Assembly (NCBI GenBank): GCA_963834405.1
Contig: CAWIBX010000006.1
Location: forward strand, 281,577-345,576
Direction: 5' to 3'
Source of the DNA: an uncultured Acidimicrobiaceae bacterium
GTDB lineage: Bacteria > Actinomycetota > Acidimicrobiia > Acidimicrobiales > RAAP-2
Length of the DNA stretch: 64,000 nucleotides
Numbering within the stretch: the first letter of the stretch is position 1; each line of letters starts with the position of its first letter. This document shows positions 9,206 to 17,908 of this stretch, piece by piece. The translations under genes and the position numbers were made by a program. The notes beneath the pieces are model-generated. The model was not told the origin of the DNA. It did not search any database and saw only the letters and a list, made by a program, of their open reading frames with translations.

Positions 9206-9832
9206 GTGGCAGGAGCACTCCAGGCCTCGGCCCGCCGGCTGACGGCCGAGCAACGGCGCCGGCAGCTCTACGCCGTGGCGCTCGAGCTGTTCTCGCAACG
9301 CGGCTACCGGGCAACGACGATGGACGACATCGCCGAAGCCGCCGGCGTGACCAAGCCGCTCCTCTACCAGCACTTCTCCTCCAAGCGGGCGCTATACCTC
9401 GAGCTGGTCGACTCCATCGCGCGAGACCTCCTCGCCGCCATCCGAGAGGCCGTCACGCAAGCCGACGGCCCACGCCAGCAGGTCGAGCTCGGATTCGCGG
9501 CGTACTTTCGTCTCGTCATCGCCCGCGAGCCGGAGTTCCGGCTGCTCTATGGACGCGACCACGCCGACGACATGGAGCTCGGACGCGCCCTGCGCACGGT
9601 GGAGGACGCCATCGCCGAGGCCATCGACCCCCTGATCGCGGCCGGGCTCGAGCCCGACCACCGGCGCCTGCTGGCCTACGGGATCGTGGGGATGGCCGAG
9701 GGCGCGAGCCGCCGCTTCATGGAACAGCGGCAGCAGGGCGAAGGCCCCGCCATCGACGAGGAGGCGCAGCGCCTCGCCGGGCGCATGGCCGACCTGGCCT
9801 GGGCCGGCCTGCGCTCCGTGCACGCGGACTGA
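9206..9832 (+). CDS. TetR/AcrR family transcriptional regulator
   Basis: HTH block LYAVALELFSQRGYRATTMDDIAEAAGVTKPLLYQHFSSKRALY. Confidence 0.85.
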   Translation: MAGALQASARRLTAEQRRRQLYAVALELFSQRGYRATTMDDIAEAAGVTKPLLYQHFSSKRALYLELVDSIARDLLAAIREAVTQADGPRQQVELGFAAYFRLVIAREPEFRLLYGRDHADDMELGRALRTVEDAIAEAIDPLIAAGLEPDHRRLLAYGIVGMAEGASRRFMEQRQQGEGPAIDEEAQRLAGRMADLAWAGLRSVHAD

Positions 9833-9848
9833 CGCGCGCGCAGAGCAG

Positions 9849-10376
9849 TCAGAGCAGCGTGATCAGCTTCTGGCAGAGCCCCCACAGCTCGTCCACGCAC
9901 GCGGCGTAGAAGTCACCTTCGTGCCCGGCGGGGTCGAGAACGTCCTCCTCGTCGGACACCTCGGCGTCGGCCAGCTTGAGCGCCGCCACGCGCTCGGGCA
10001 GCGACGGCGGCGGCGGTGCGAGGTCGGCGCAGAGCCGCCTGATGGTGGCGGTCTTGGGCGCCGCGTCCGGGAAGCGACGCCGGACGAAGCGCACATGGTC
10101 GGCCTCCATGACGATCACCAGCTCCGCATGCACCAGGTCCGCCCCGTGCACCTGACGGCTGCGGTGATGGCGGTAGTCGATGTCCGCCAGCTCCGGTATG
10201 CGCGTGAGCGCGGTGCGGGTGCGCACCCCCATGGGCTGCCCGTCGATGGTGTGGGTCCCGGCGGTGACGATGCGCAGCGGCTCGCCGGGCCGGTCGTCGC
10301 GCAGGTGCTCGAGCATGAAGCCGGCCATCACCGACCGGGCGGCATTCCCGGTGCAGAGCACGAGGAGGTCGGTCAT
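9849..10376 (-). CDS. Low-molecular-weight protein-tyrosine-phosphatase / ArsC-like phosphatase
   Basis: P-loop VLCTGNAARSVMA (CX5R-S) at the N-terminus and a DP acid loop (DVLDPAG) near the C-terminus. Confidence 0.8.
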   Translation of the reverse strand: MTDLLVLCTGNAARSVMAGFMLEHLRDDRPGEPLRIVTAGTHTIDGQPMGVRTRTALTRIPELADIDYRHHRSRQVHGADLVHAELVIVMEADHVRFVRRRFPDAAPKTATIRRLCADLAPPPPSLPERVAALKLADAEVSDEEDVLDPAGHEGDFYAACVDELWGLCQKLITLL

Positions 10377-10383
10377 CGGCCCG

Positions 10384-11484
10384 TCATGCGGTCGCTCGTC
10401 CGGCGTCGTGGAGCAAGTCGAGCGCCCCGGTGTCGAGCACGTGCTGCGCGTGGCGGGTCGTGCTGGTGAGGAACATCAGGTCACCGCGTTCGGTCCGCTG
10501 GACCACCATGGACGCGACGATCGCCATGAGCACCCCGCCGAAGGTGTCGCGCCGGTAGTCCTGGCGGAGCTGCTCCATGGAGTAGTCGAGGACCCCCTGC
10601 CGCGACAGCTCCTCGTGGTAGTGCGCCAGCAGGTCCTCCTCGTGCGACCGCCGGTCCTCGGTGCTGAGGCAGCCGCCGATGAAATAGGAGACGTCGGCCG
10701 AGCCGGTGCCCCAGACGGCGGTCTGCCAGTCGACGACGACCGGACGGGGGTCACCCGGCTGGAAGAGCAGGTTGTCGAGTCGGAAGTCGCCGTGGCTGAC
10801 CGTGCGCGGACCGCTGCGGCCGCCGACCCAGTCCGGGATGTGCGCAGCAAATTGCCGGCACACCTCCTGATGCTCGGGCGCCAGCTGGTTGGCGTAGCGC
10901 TCCAGGAAACCTGGCAACAGCGACGAGACGAGAGCGGACAGGAGTGCGTCGCTGTCCTCGCTGTTGCGGTTGAGCCAGTCCAGCGCCGCGAGCTCGGGCC
11001 GCTCCCAACAGGGCGCGTGCAGCCCTGCCATCTCGGTCAGGACGGCGGCCGCGACGTCGGGCCCGCACGCCTCTATCTGGTCGCCCTGCGTCGCGCCAAC
11101 GATGTCCTGGAGCAGGAGCGTGAACCAACCCGTCTCGGGCTCTATTTCGGCTGCGTAGGCATCCGGCACGCGGGCGCCGACAAGGGCTGCGACCTCACGG
11201 TAGAAGCGGACCTCTATTTCGTAGGCCCGCAGCGCCAGGCCGGTCGCCCGACTCTGATCGTCGGCCGACGCGAACTTGCCGACGACGCTGGGAGGGCCGG
11301 CGGCGTCTTCGTCGTATTGCAGGGTGAAGCGCGTAGTGTCGGCCATCTGTCCCGTGCCGATCGGCGCGCGCGAAAGCGCGGTGACATGCCCGCCCGTCGG
11401 GACGAGGCCGGCGCCGCGCAACACACCGGTCAACCAGTCCGGAGTCACGTCGGCGGCGAAACGGAGAAGGGTGGGGTGGCTCAC
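10384..11484 (-). CDS. Aminoglycoside-phosphotransferase/ecdysteroid-kinase-like phosphotransferase
   Basis: Catalytic loop SHGDFRLDNLLF followed by VVDWQ. GTG at 11484 (VSHPTLLRF). The listed 586 aa ORF was trimmed because its upstream part is Arg/Gly/Pro junk. Confidence 0.8.
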   Translation of the reverse strand: MSHPTLLRFAADVTPDWLTGVLRGAGLVPTGGHVTALSRAPIGTGQMADTTRFTLQYDEDAAGPPSVVGKFASADDQSRATGLALRAYEIEVRFYREVAALVGARVPDAYAAEIEPETGWFTLLLQDIVGATQGDQIEACGPDVAAAVLTEMAGLHAPCWERPELAALDWLNRNSEDSDALLSALVSSLLPGFLERYANQLAPEHQEVCRQFAAHIPDWVGGRSGPRTVSHGDFRLDNLLFQPGDPRPVVVDWQTAVWGTGSADVSYFIGGCLSTEDRRSHEEDLLAHYHEELSRQGVLDYSMEQLRQDYRRDTFGGVLMAIVASMVVQRTERGDLMFLTSTTRHAQHVLDTGALDLLHDAGRATA

Positions 11485-11594
11485 GGCAGCGCCGAGACTA
11501 TGTGCTCCGGTGATCCGCCCCGGGCCGGAAGACGAACCACCTCTGCCGGGCCGACGGCGCCGACCTGCTGATGTCCCGCGGACGCCGCTGCGCG

Positions 11595-12446
11595 TCAGGC
11601 CGCCGCGCCGACCGTCCGGAGGATCTCCTCCAGGTGGTTCACGACGAGCAGATGGCCCTCGCCCGGGCACGCGTGGAGTTCGGCGCCGGGGATGTGCTCG
11701 GCCACGAACGTCCCGTGGGCGAACGGCACGTTCTTGTCGAGGTCGCCGTGCCAGACGTGCACCGGCACCGAGATGTCCCGGAGCCGGAAGCCCCAGCCGC
11801 GGGCGAAGAGCACGAAGTCCTGCGCCGTCGCCGACGCGGCCGTGGCCGAGGGCGACCGCACGTCTTGCAGGAACACGGCGCGCACGTCGGGGCGAGCCAG
11901 GACCTCGACGTCGGGCTCCGGCAACTGGCTCGACATCGCCCGGAGCGCGGCGTCCGGCCAGCGCCGCATCCAGAAGCCCTGCATGGCGAAGAACGGGGGA
12001 AGCACGAAGGGCGCACGCTGCGCCAGGGCGGTGGCGGCCTTGTTGAAGCCGACCATGCCGACGGCGAATTCGGGGTCGGCCATGGGCCCGACGCCGCTCA
12101 CCAGCGCGGCCGCGGTCACCCGCTCGGGCAGGAACCGCGCGCACACCGCGGCGTGTGGGCCGCCACCCGACACGCCCGCGACCGCGAAACGCTCGATCTT
12201 CAGGTGGTCGGCCAGGGTGGCGACGTCGGTGGCCCAGTCGGCGAGGGTGCGGGCCTTGTGGAACGAGCTGTGGCCGTAACCGGGCCGGTCCGGTGCGATC
12301 AGCCGCACCCCGGAGGCCGCAATGGCCTTCTCGTCGAAGGAGACCTGCAAGCGGGTGCCGGGGGTCCCGTGGAACATGAACACCGGGAACCCCCGCGCCC
12401 GGCCCGCCTCGAGCCAGGCGAGCTCCCGGCCGTCCGGCAGCGTCAT
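11595..12446 (-). CDS. Alpha/beta-fold hydrolase
   Basis: FMFHGTPG oxyanion region and nucleophile elbow AGVSGGGPHA. Confidence 0.8.
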   Translation of the reverse strand: MTLPDGRELAWLEAGRARGFPVFMFHGTPGTRLQVSFDEKAIAASGVRLIAPDRPGYGHSSFHKARTLADWATDVATLADHLKIERFAVAGVSGGGPHAAVCARFLPERVTAAALVSGVGPMADPEFAVGMVGFNKAATALAQRAPFVLPPFFAMQGFWMRRWPDAALRAMSSQLPEPDVEVLARPDVRAVFLQDVRSPSATAASATAQDFVLFARGWGFRLRDISVPVHVWHGDLDKNVPFAHGTFVAEHIPGAELHACPGEGHLLVVNHLEEILRTVGAAA

Positions 12447-12573
12447 CACCCGCGTGTCACCCACGGTGCGACCGTATCCGCCCGCCGCTCCACCCGCTCC
12501 CCACCAGCCAATCCACCCCGGAGTCCACCCCCGGGTTGACGCCGGCCGGGCCCGAAATCCGGACACTGAGGGC

Positions 12574-13134
12574 ATGACCTTCACCGACTACCTCATCGAC
12601 ATCACCCTCATCGGCCTCGTGCTCTTCCAGGTGCGCGGGCGCCGGCTCACGACGCGCCAGCTCCTGCTCCCCGTCGGCCTCGTCGTCTTCGTGGCCTACA
12701 CGTATCTGCGGGCCATCCCGACCGCAGGCAACGACCTCGTGCTGGTCATCGGGTGCGCCGCCCTCGGTGCGCTCCTCGGCGGGCTGGCCGGACGCTTCAC
12801 CTCGGTCATCGCCGGCAAGGACGGCGTGCCGTTCGCCAAGGCGGGCCTCGTGGCGGCCGCCTTGTGGATCCTCGGCACCGGCGGGCGGCTGGCCTTCCAG
12901 GTCTACGCCACCCACGGCGGGGGTGCGGCCATTGCGCACTTCAGCGCGACGCACAGCATCACGACCGTCACGGCCTGGACGTCGGCCCTCATCCTCATGG
13001 CGCTCTCCGAGGCCGTCGTGCGGACCGGCATCCTCGGCTGGCGGGCGGCCGCGGTGCGCCGCCGGGCCCTGGCCGGCGCGCCCGTGCCGGCCCCGACCGA
13101 GTCCTCGCCCTCAACGCCGGTCGCCGCGGCCTGA
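12574..13134 (+). CDS. Polytopic membrane protein preceding a two-component pair
   Basis: ATG at 12574 (MTFTDYLIDITLIGLVLF). Several hydrophobic helices. The stop lies 18 bp before the kinase start. Confidence 0.6.
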   Translation: MTFTDYLIDITLIGLVLFQVRGRRLTTRQLLLPVGLVVFVAYTYLRAIPTAGNDLVLVIGCAALGALLGGLAGRFTSVIAGKDGVPFAKAGLVAAALWILGTGGRLAFQVYATHGGGAAIAHFSATHSITTVTAWTSALILMALSEAVVRTGILGWRAAAVRRRALAGAPVPAPTESSPSTPVAAA

Positions 13135-13151
13135 GCGCCGGGCGCACCATC

Positions 13152-14423
13152 ATGGAGGCGGTGAGCCCAACCTCGGACAGTCCCCCTGGGGGCGCCGGAC
13201 CTTCGGGGCCGGCGCCCCCGCTCCGCGGGGCCCGGTCGGCCGGCGCCAACGCCGTCAGCCTCGTCGGGCTGGGGCTCCTTCTCTGGGGTGTCCTCAGCCA
13301 GTTCCACACGCTGAGCACGGGGGCCTCCCGCACCGCCGCCGTCGTGTTGCTCACGTTGGCGGTGTTGTCGTGGCTGGCCTGGATGCTGCTACGGCCCGTG
13401 TCCGAAGCGGGCACCGCGGTGGCGTTGGCCGCCATGGCCGTTACGGGCGGGGCACTGGCGGGGCTGACGCCGGTGGCGATGATCTTCCCCGCCGTGGCGG
13501 TGCTCAGCACGGCGATGTGGTCGCGCACCGCGGTGACGGCGGTGATGATCGGCGCGGCGGGGTGGCTCGCCATGGCCATCAGCGTGCTCGCGCTGGGCAA
13601 GTCATGGGGGCTCCTGCTGGGAGGCCTCGCGGCCATCCTCGGCGGCGCGGTCGTCGGCATCACGCGACGCCAGGGGATTGAGCACGCCGAGCAGATTGCC
13701 CGGATGGAGGTCGCGATGGCGCGCACCGAGGTGGAGCGGGCCCGGGCCGAGCTGCTCGCCGAGCGCAACCACCTCGCCCGCGAGATCCACGACGTCCTGG
13801 CGCACACCTTGGCCGCACTGTCGCTCCAGCTCGAGGCGTTCCACACGGTCGTGGACGCGGAGCCCGGCACGAGCCCCGCCGTCCGGGAGCATCTCGAGCG
13901 GACGAGCCTGCTGGTGCGGGAGGGGCTGGACGAGGCGCGCGGGGCCGTGGGTGCGCTGCGCGACGAGCCCGCACCCCTGGGGGACCAGCTGACCAAGCTG
14001 TGTGGGCAGCACCAGGCCGCCTTCAGCGAAACAGGCGCGCCGCAGCGGCTCGATCCCCCGATCGTGCTCGGGCTCTACCGCGTCGTGCAGGAGGCGCTCA
14101 CCAACGTGGTGAAGCACGCACCGCGGGCCACCGCGACGGTGGCGCTGCGGTGGTCGCCGGCCGCGGTCGCGGTGACCGTCGAGAACGAGGCCACCGAATC
14201 GTCCGCCGCCCCCACCCCGTTGGGCGGAACAGGCGGGGGCTTCGGCCTGCGCGGCATCGCCGAGCGGCTGGAACTGCTCGGCGGGACCGTCGATTCGGGC
14301 CCGACGCCCGGGGGGTGGCGCGTGACGGCGACCGTGCCACTCCTTGCCGCGGACGCGCACGGGTCCGCGGATCCGGGCCGGAACGGGGCCGCCGGACACG
14401 CCGCCGAGCAGGCCGCGCCGTGA
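13152..14423 (+). CDS. Sensor histidine kinase, HisKA_3 (NarL-partner) type with membrane-embedded sensor
   Basis: H-box LAREIHDVLAHTLAAL and ATP-lid GGGFGLRGIAERLELLGG. The N-terminal half is almost entirely TM helices. Confidence 0.85.
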   Translation: MEAVSPTSDSPPGGAGPSGPAPPLRGARSAGANAVSLVGLGLLLWGVLSQFHTLSTGASRTAAVVLLTLAVLSWLAWMLLRPVSEAGTAVALAAMAVTGGALAGLTPVAMIFPAVAVLSTAMWSRTAVTAVMIGAAGWLAMAISVLALGKSWGLLLGGLAAILGGAVVGITRRQGIEHAEQIARMEVAMARTEVERARAELLAERNHLAREIHDVLAHTLAALSLQLEAFHTVVDAEPGTSPAVREHLERTSLLVREGLDEARGAVGALRDEPAPLGDQLTKLCGQHQAAFSETGAPQRLDPPIVLGLYRVVQEALTNVVKHAPRATATVALRWSPAAVAVTVENEATESSAAPTPLGGTGGGFGLRGIAERLELLGGTVDSGPTPGGWRVTATVPLLAADAHGSADPGRNGAAGHAAEQAAP

Positions 14424-15094
14424 AGGTGCTGATCGCCGACGATCAGCGGGTGGTGCGCGAGGGACTGGCGACCATCGTGGGTGCGTTCCCGGACACCGAG
14501 GTCGTGGGTCTGGCCGGCGACGGCGTGGAGGCACTGGAACTGCTAGGGGCGCGCGGGGCCGACGTCGTGCTCATGGACCTGCGCATGCCGAGGATGGACG
14601 GCATAGAGGCAACCCGGGCGGTACGCGAGCGCCACCCCGGCGTCCCTGTCGTCGTCCTCACGACCTTCGCCGACGACGAGTCGATCCTGAGCGCCCTCTC
14701 CGCCGGCGCCGCCGGCTACCTGACCAAGGACGCGTCCCGTGAGGACATCCGCCGCGCCATAGACGCGGCGATGGCCGGCCAGGCGGTCCTCGACCCCGTG
14801 GCCCAGGCCGCGCTGCTCAAGGCCGCGCAGCACGCCCCGCCGCCGCGGCCGAGCACGCTGCCCGACGGTCTGACCGAGCGCGAGGCGGAGGTGCTGACCC
14901 TCATCGCGGCCGGACTGTCGAACACGGAGATCGCCGAGCGCCTCTTCGTGGCGGAGGCGACGGTCAAGACCCACGTCAACAGGATCTTCGCCAAGACGGC
15001 GAGCCGCGACCGGGCGCAAGCAGCCGCGTACGCCCACCGGCACGGCCTGGCGCCCGAGCCCGACGACCAAGCGGAGGTGCACGACCAGTCTTGA
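14420..15094 (+). CDS. NarL/LuxR-family response regulator
   Basis: VKVLIADDQ...VVLMDLRMPRMDG receiver domain. LTEREAEVLTLIAAGLSNTEIAERLFVAEATVKTHV HTH. The GTG overlaps the kinase TGA (GTGA). Confidence 0.9.
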   Translation: MKVLIADDQRVVREGLATIVGAFPDTEVVGLAGDGVEALELLGARGADVVLMDLRMPRMDGIEATRAVRERHPGVPVVVLTTFADDESILSALSAGAAGYLTKDASREDIRRAIDAAMAGQAVLDPVAQAALLKAAQHAPPPRPSTLPDGLTEREAEVLTLIAAGLSNTEIAERLFVAEATVKTHVNRIFAKTASRDRAQAAAYAHRHGLAPEPDDQAEVHDQS

Positions 15095-15134
15095 TCGTGC
15101 TTCGCAGCGGCCCCGGCCGGTCGAGAATGAAGCC

Positions 15135-16190
15135 GTGGATGTGGAACGACTGCCGCCGGTAGCGGTGCGCTGCGTCGGGTTCCGGTCCGGAACCGACGAG
15201 GAGCTGGCGGCCCAACTCCTGGTCGAGTCGGAAATCGAAGCGGAGCGACATCCCGGATCGGTGGCCCAGCCGTTGGAGTCGTACCGGGCGTTCGCCCGCA
15301 GCCTTCCCTCCCAGTACGACGACCACACCTGGGTGGCGGAGGAGACGGACGGCACACCGGTCGGCTGCGCCGCCTGCTGGTCCAACGCCGCCGGCGACCC
15401 GCGCGCCATGGAGGGCTACGTCTACGTCCGGCGGCGGTGGCGGCGCCGCGGGATCGGATGGCGTCTGGCCCGGGCTGTCGTGGCGGAGGCCGTGGACGAG
15501 GACCGCTCGATGTTGGTCTGGTCCACGTACGACGCCATACCGGCGGGGGAGGTGTTCTCGCGCGTCGTCGGCGGCAACGTGGGTCGCGTCAACCGCACCA
15601 GTGAGCTGTGGCTCCGGGACGTCGACTGGGCGCTGGTGCACGCATGGGCCGGCCAAGGGGCACACCGTGCGGCCGGCTACCGCCTCGAGTTCTGGGACGG
15701 GCCGCTGCCCGCACACCTGATAGACGACGCCACCCGCTTCCATCACCTCATGAACACGCAGCCCCGCGACGAGCTGGCCGTCGCTGACGTCGTCCTCGAC
15801 CCCGCTCAGGTGGTGCAGATCGACCGGCACCTCGCCGAGACGGGCCGGCGGCGATGGACCCTCTTCGTCCGGAACTCAGACGGCAGGTGCGTGGGCGGCA
15901 CCGAACTGACCTTCGAGCCGTGGGAGCCGGAGACGGCGCACCAACAGAACACCGCGATCGATCCGGACCACCGCGGCCTGGGGCTGGCCAAGTGGGCCAA
16001 GGCGGCCATGCTGCTCCGGGTGCGAACCGACCGAACGGAGGTGACCCGGATTCGGACCAGCAACGCCTTCTCCAACGACGCGATGCTCGCCATCAACACG
16101 GCACTGGGGTTCTCGGTCGTCGAGGTCCGTACGGAATGGCAGGGCGACGTCTCGGACCTGAGTCGGCGCCTGACCGGTGGGGGCCCCTAG
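15135..16190 (+). CDS. Tandem-GNAT N-acetyltransferase
   Basis: Two acetyl-CoA loops: RRRWRRRGIGWRLARAV and DPDHRGLGLAKWAKAAM. Confidence 0.7.
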   Translation: MDVERLPPVAVRCVGFRSGTDEELAAQLLVESEIEAERHPGSVAQPLESYRAFARSLPSQYDDHTWVAEETDGTPVGCAACWSNAAGDPRAMEGYVYVRRRWRRRGIGWRLARAVVAEAVDEDRSMLVWSTYDAIPAGEVFSRVVGGNVGRVNRTSELWLRDVDWALVHAWAGQGAHRAAGYRLEFWDGPLPAHLIDDATRFHHLMNTQPRDELAVADVVLDPAQVVQIDRHLAETGRRRWTLFVRNSDGRCVGGTELTFEPWEPETAHQQNTAIDPDHRGLGLAKWAKAAMLLRVRTDRTEVTRIRTSNAFSNDAMLAINTALGFSVVEVRTEWQGDVSDLSRRLTGGGP

Positions 16191-16194
16191 CAAA

Positions 16195-17856
16195 TCAGGA
16201 CGCGACCGGGGTCGGCGTCGACGTCGGCACGAAGGCCAGGTATTCGTGGATCGAGCGGACCGCGGCCGAGCCTTCGCCGACCGCGGTGGCCACGCGCTTG
16301 GTCGACCCGGACCGAAGGTCGCCCACCGCGAAGAGTCCGGGGTGACTCGTTTCGAACGGGAGGGGCACGCGGTCCAACGCCGTCCACGGCCCGTCGAGGT
16401 ACTCGGCGGTGAGGGACCGGTCGGTGAGCACGAACCCATGCTCGTCGAGGGCGGCACAGCCCGAGATCCAACCGGACAGGGGATCGGCGCCGATGAACGA
16501 GAACAGCGCGGTCCCCGGCCGGGTCGCGACACCGTCCGGCCCCTGAATGTCGACTGTCTGCAGGCTCTCGTCACCGTCGATGGCGACGACCTGGCTCAAC
16601 GTGAGCACGTCGATGCGCGGATGATCCTCGAGTCGCTGGACGAGGTAGCCGGACATGCTGGCCCCGAGTTGTGCGGCCCGGATCACCACGGTGACCGCAC
16701 TGCCCTGGTCGGCCAAGAAGATGGCCGCCTGCCCGGCCGAATTTCCTCCGCCCACCACCACCACCGGGTTGCCGGCGCACATGCGTGCCTCCAATTCGGT
16801 GGCGGCGTAGTAGACGCCCTTGGCCTCGAATTCCTCGATGCGCTCGATGTCCAGGCGCCGGTAGCGGGCCCCGGTCGCTGCGATGACCGCCCGACCCGCC
16901 ACCTCCGACCCGTCAGAGAGCTCGACGACGAGATGTCCCGCCCGCTCGCGCAGACCGACGCCCTCGCAAGGGGCGGTCAGCTGCGCACCGAACTTCTCTG
17001 CCTGCACGAACCCTCTCTGCGCGAGATCGGCGCCCGAAATGCCGGTCGGGAACCCGAAGTAGTTCTCGATCCTGGAGCTCGTCCCGGCCTGCCCACCAGG
17101 GGCCACCATGTCGACGCCGAGTGTCCGCAGGCCTTCGGACGCGCCGTAGACGGCGGCCGCCAGGCCGGCCGGACCTCCCCCCACGATGACCAGATCGAAG
17201 CAGCGCCCGGGAAGGCGCTCGACGGTGAGGCCCAGGTACTCGGCGACCAGCCCCGGCGTCGCCCGGCGGATCACCTTTCCCGAGGAGACCGCGACCGGGA
17301 AGTCCGACGGCTCGAGGCCGTATTGCTCGACCATGGTCTCCACGAGCGGATCGCTGTCGGGGTCGAGCCACTCGTGGGGAATCTTCGTCCGCGACAGGAA
17401 CTCTCGCAGCTGCAGCACCTCGGGCGAGTAGCGAGAACCGATGACCCGGGTGGCGGTCTTGGCGTCGTTGGTGAGGTCGTTGCGGCGCGCCATGAAGGTG
17501 GTCAGGATCTTGTCGCTCAGCGCTTCTTGAATCGCCAGGATGTGCCGGAACTCCGCGCCCGGCACGGCCAGGACTTCGCTGTCCTCGACGGCCCGGGTGG
17601 AAACGAACACGCGCAGCCCGGTCAACAGGTTCAACTCGCCGAGAAATCGTCCCGGCCCGTGTGTGACGATGATCCGCTCCTCCCCGTCGACGTCCAACAC
17701 GACCTCGATCAACCCGGAGAGCACGACGTAGAAGTCATAGGTGGGATCACCGGCTCTGTAGAGGTACTCCCCCGCACGGACGACACGCCGCGTGCCATGC
17801 GGCTCCAATTCCGCGATTTCGGAATCGTCGAGAACCTGGATTACTTCGTCAGCCAT
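16195..17856 (-). CDS. cNMP-binding domain / thioredoxin-fold linker / TrxR-like FAD oxidoreductase fusion
   Basis: cNMP domain GRFLGELNLLTG. FAD site DLVIVGGGPAGLAAAVYGASEG. NAD(P) site VVVVGGGNSAGQAAIFL. The canonical CATCDG position reads AATELE. Confidence 0.85.
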   Translation of the reverse strand: MADEVIQVLDDSEIAELEPHGTRRVVRAGEYLYRAGDPTYDFYVVLSGLIEVVLDVDGEERIIVTHGPGRFLGELNLLTGLRVFVSTRAVEDSEVLAVPGAEFRHILAIQEALSDKILTTFMARRNDLTNDAKTATRVIGSRYSPEVLQLREFLSRTKIPHEWLDPDSDPLVETMVEQYGLEPSDFPVAVSSGKVIRRATPGLVAEYLGLTVERLPGRCFDLVIVGGGPAGLAAAVYGASEGLRTLGVDMVAPGGQAGTSSRIENYFGFPTGISGADLAQRGFVQAEKFGAQLTAPCEGVGLRERAGHLVVELSDGSEVAGRAVIAATGARYRRLDIERIEEFEAKGVYYAATELEARMCAGNPVVVVGGGNSAGQAAIFLADQGSAVTVVIRAAQLGASMSGYLVQRLEDHPRIDVLTLSQVVAIDGDESLQTVDIQGPDGVATRPGTALFSFIGADPLSGWISGCAALDEHGFVLTDRSLTAEYLDGPWTALDRVPLPFETSHPGLFAVGDLRSGSTKRVATAVGEGSAAVRSIHEYLAFVPTSTPTPVAS

Positions 17857-17908
17857 GGGGACCGTCTTCGATCTGACGGCCGTCATCACCGCCGTCGGGA
17901 TACGGATC

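Noticed and set aside
10384-12144. Full 586 aa extent of the listed ORF (and similarly 22239..23780, 2346..3611, 31162..32328, 12753..14423, 14000..15094)
   Set aside because: Only the 3' parts carry domain motifs and protein-like composition. The 5' extensions overlap neighbouring genes or are Arg/Pro/Gly runs. They were trimmed to internal ATG/GTG starts, several of which overlap the upstream stop codon.
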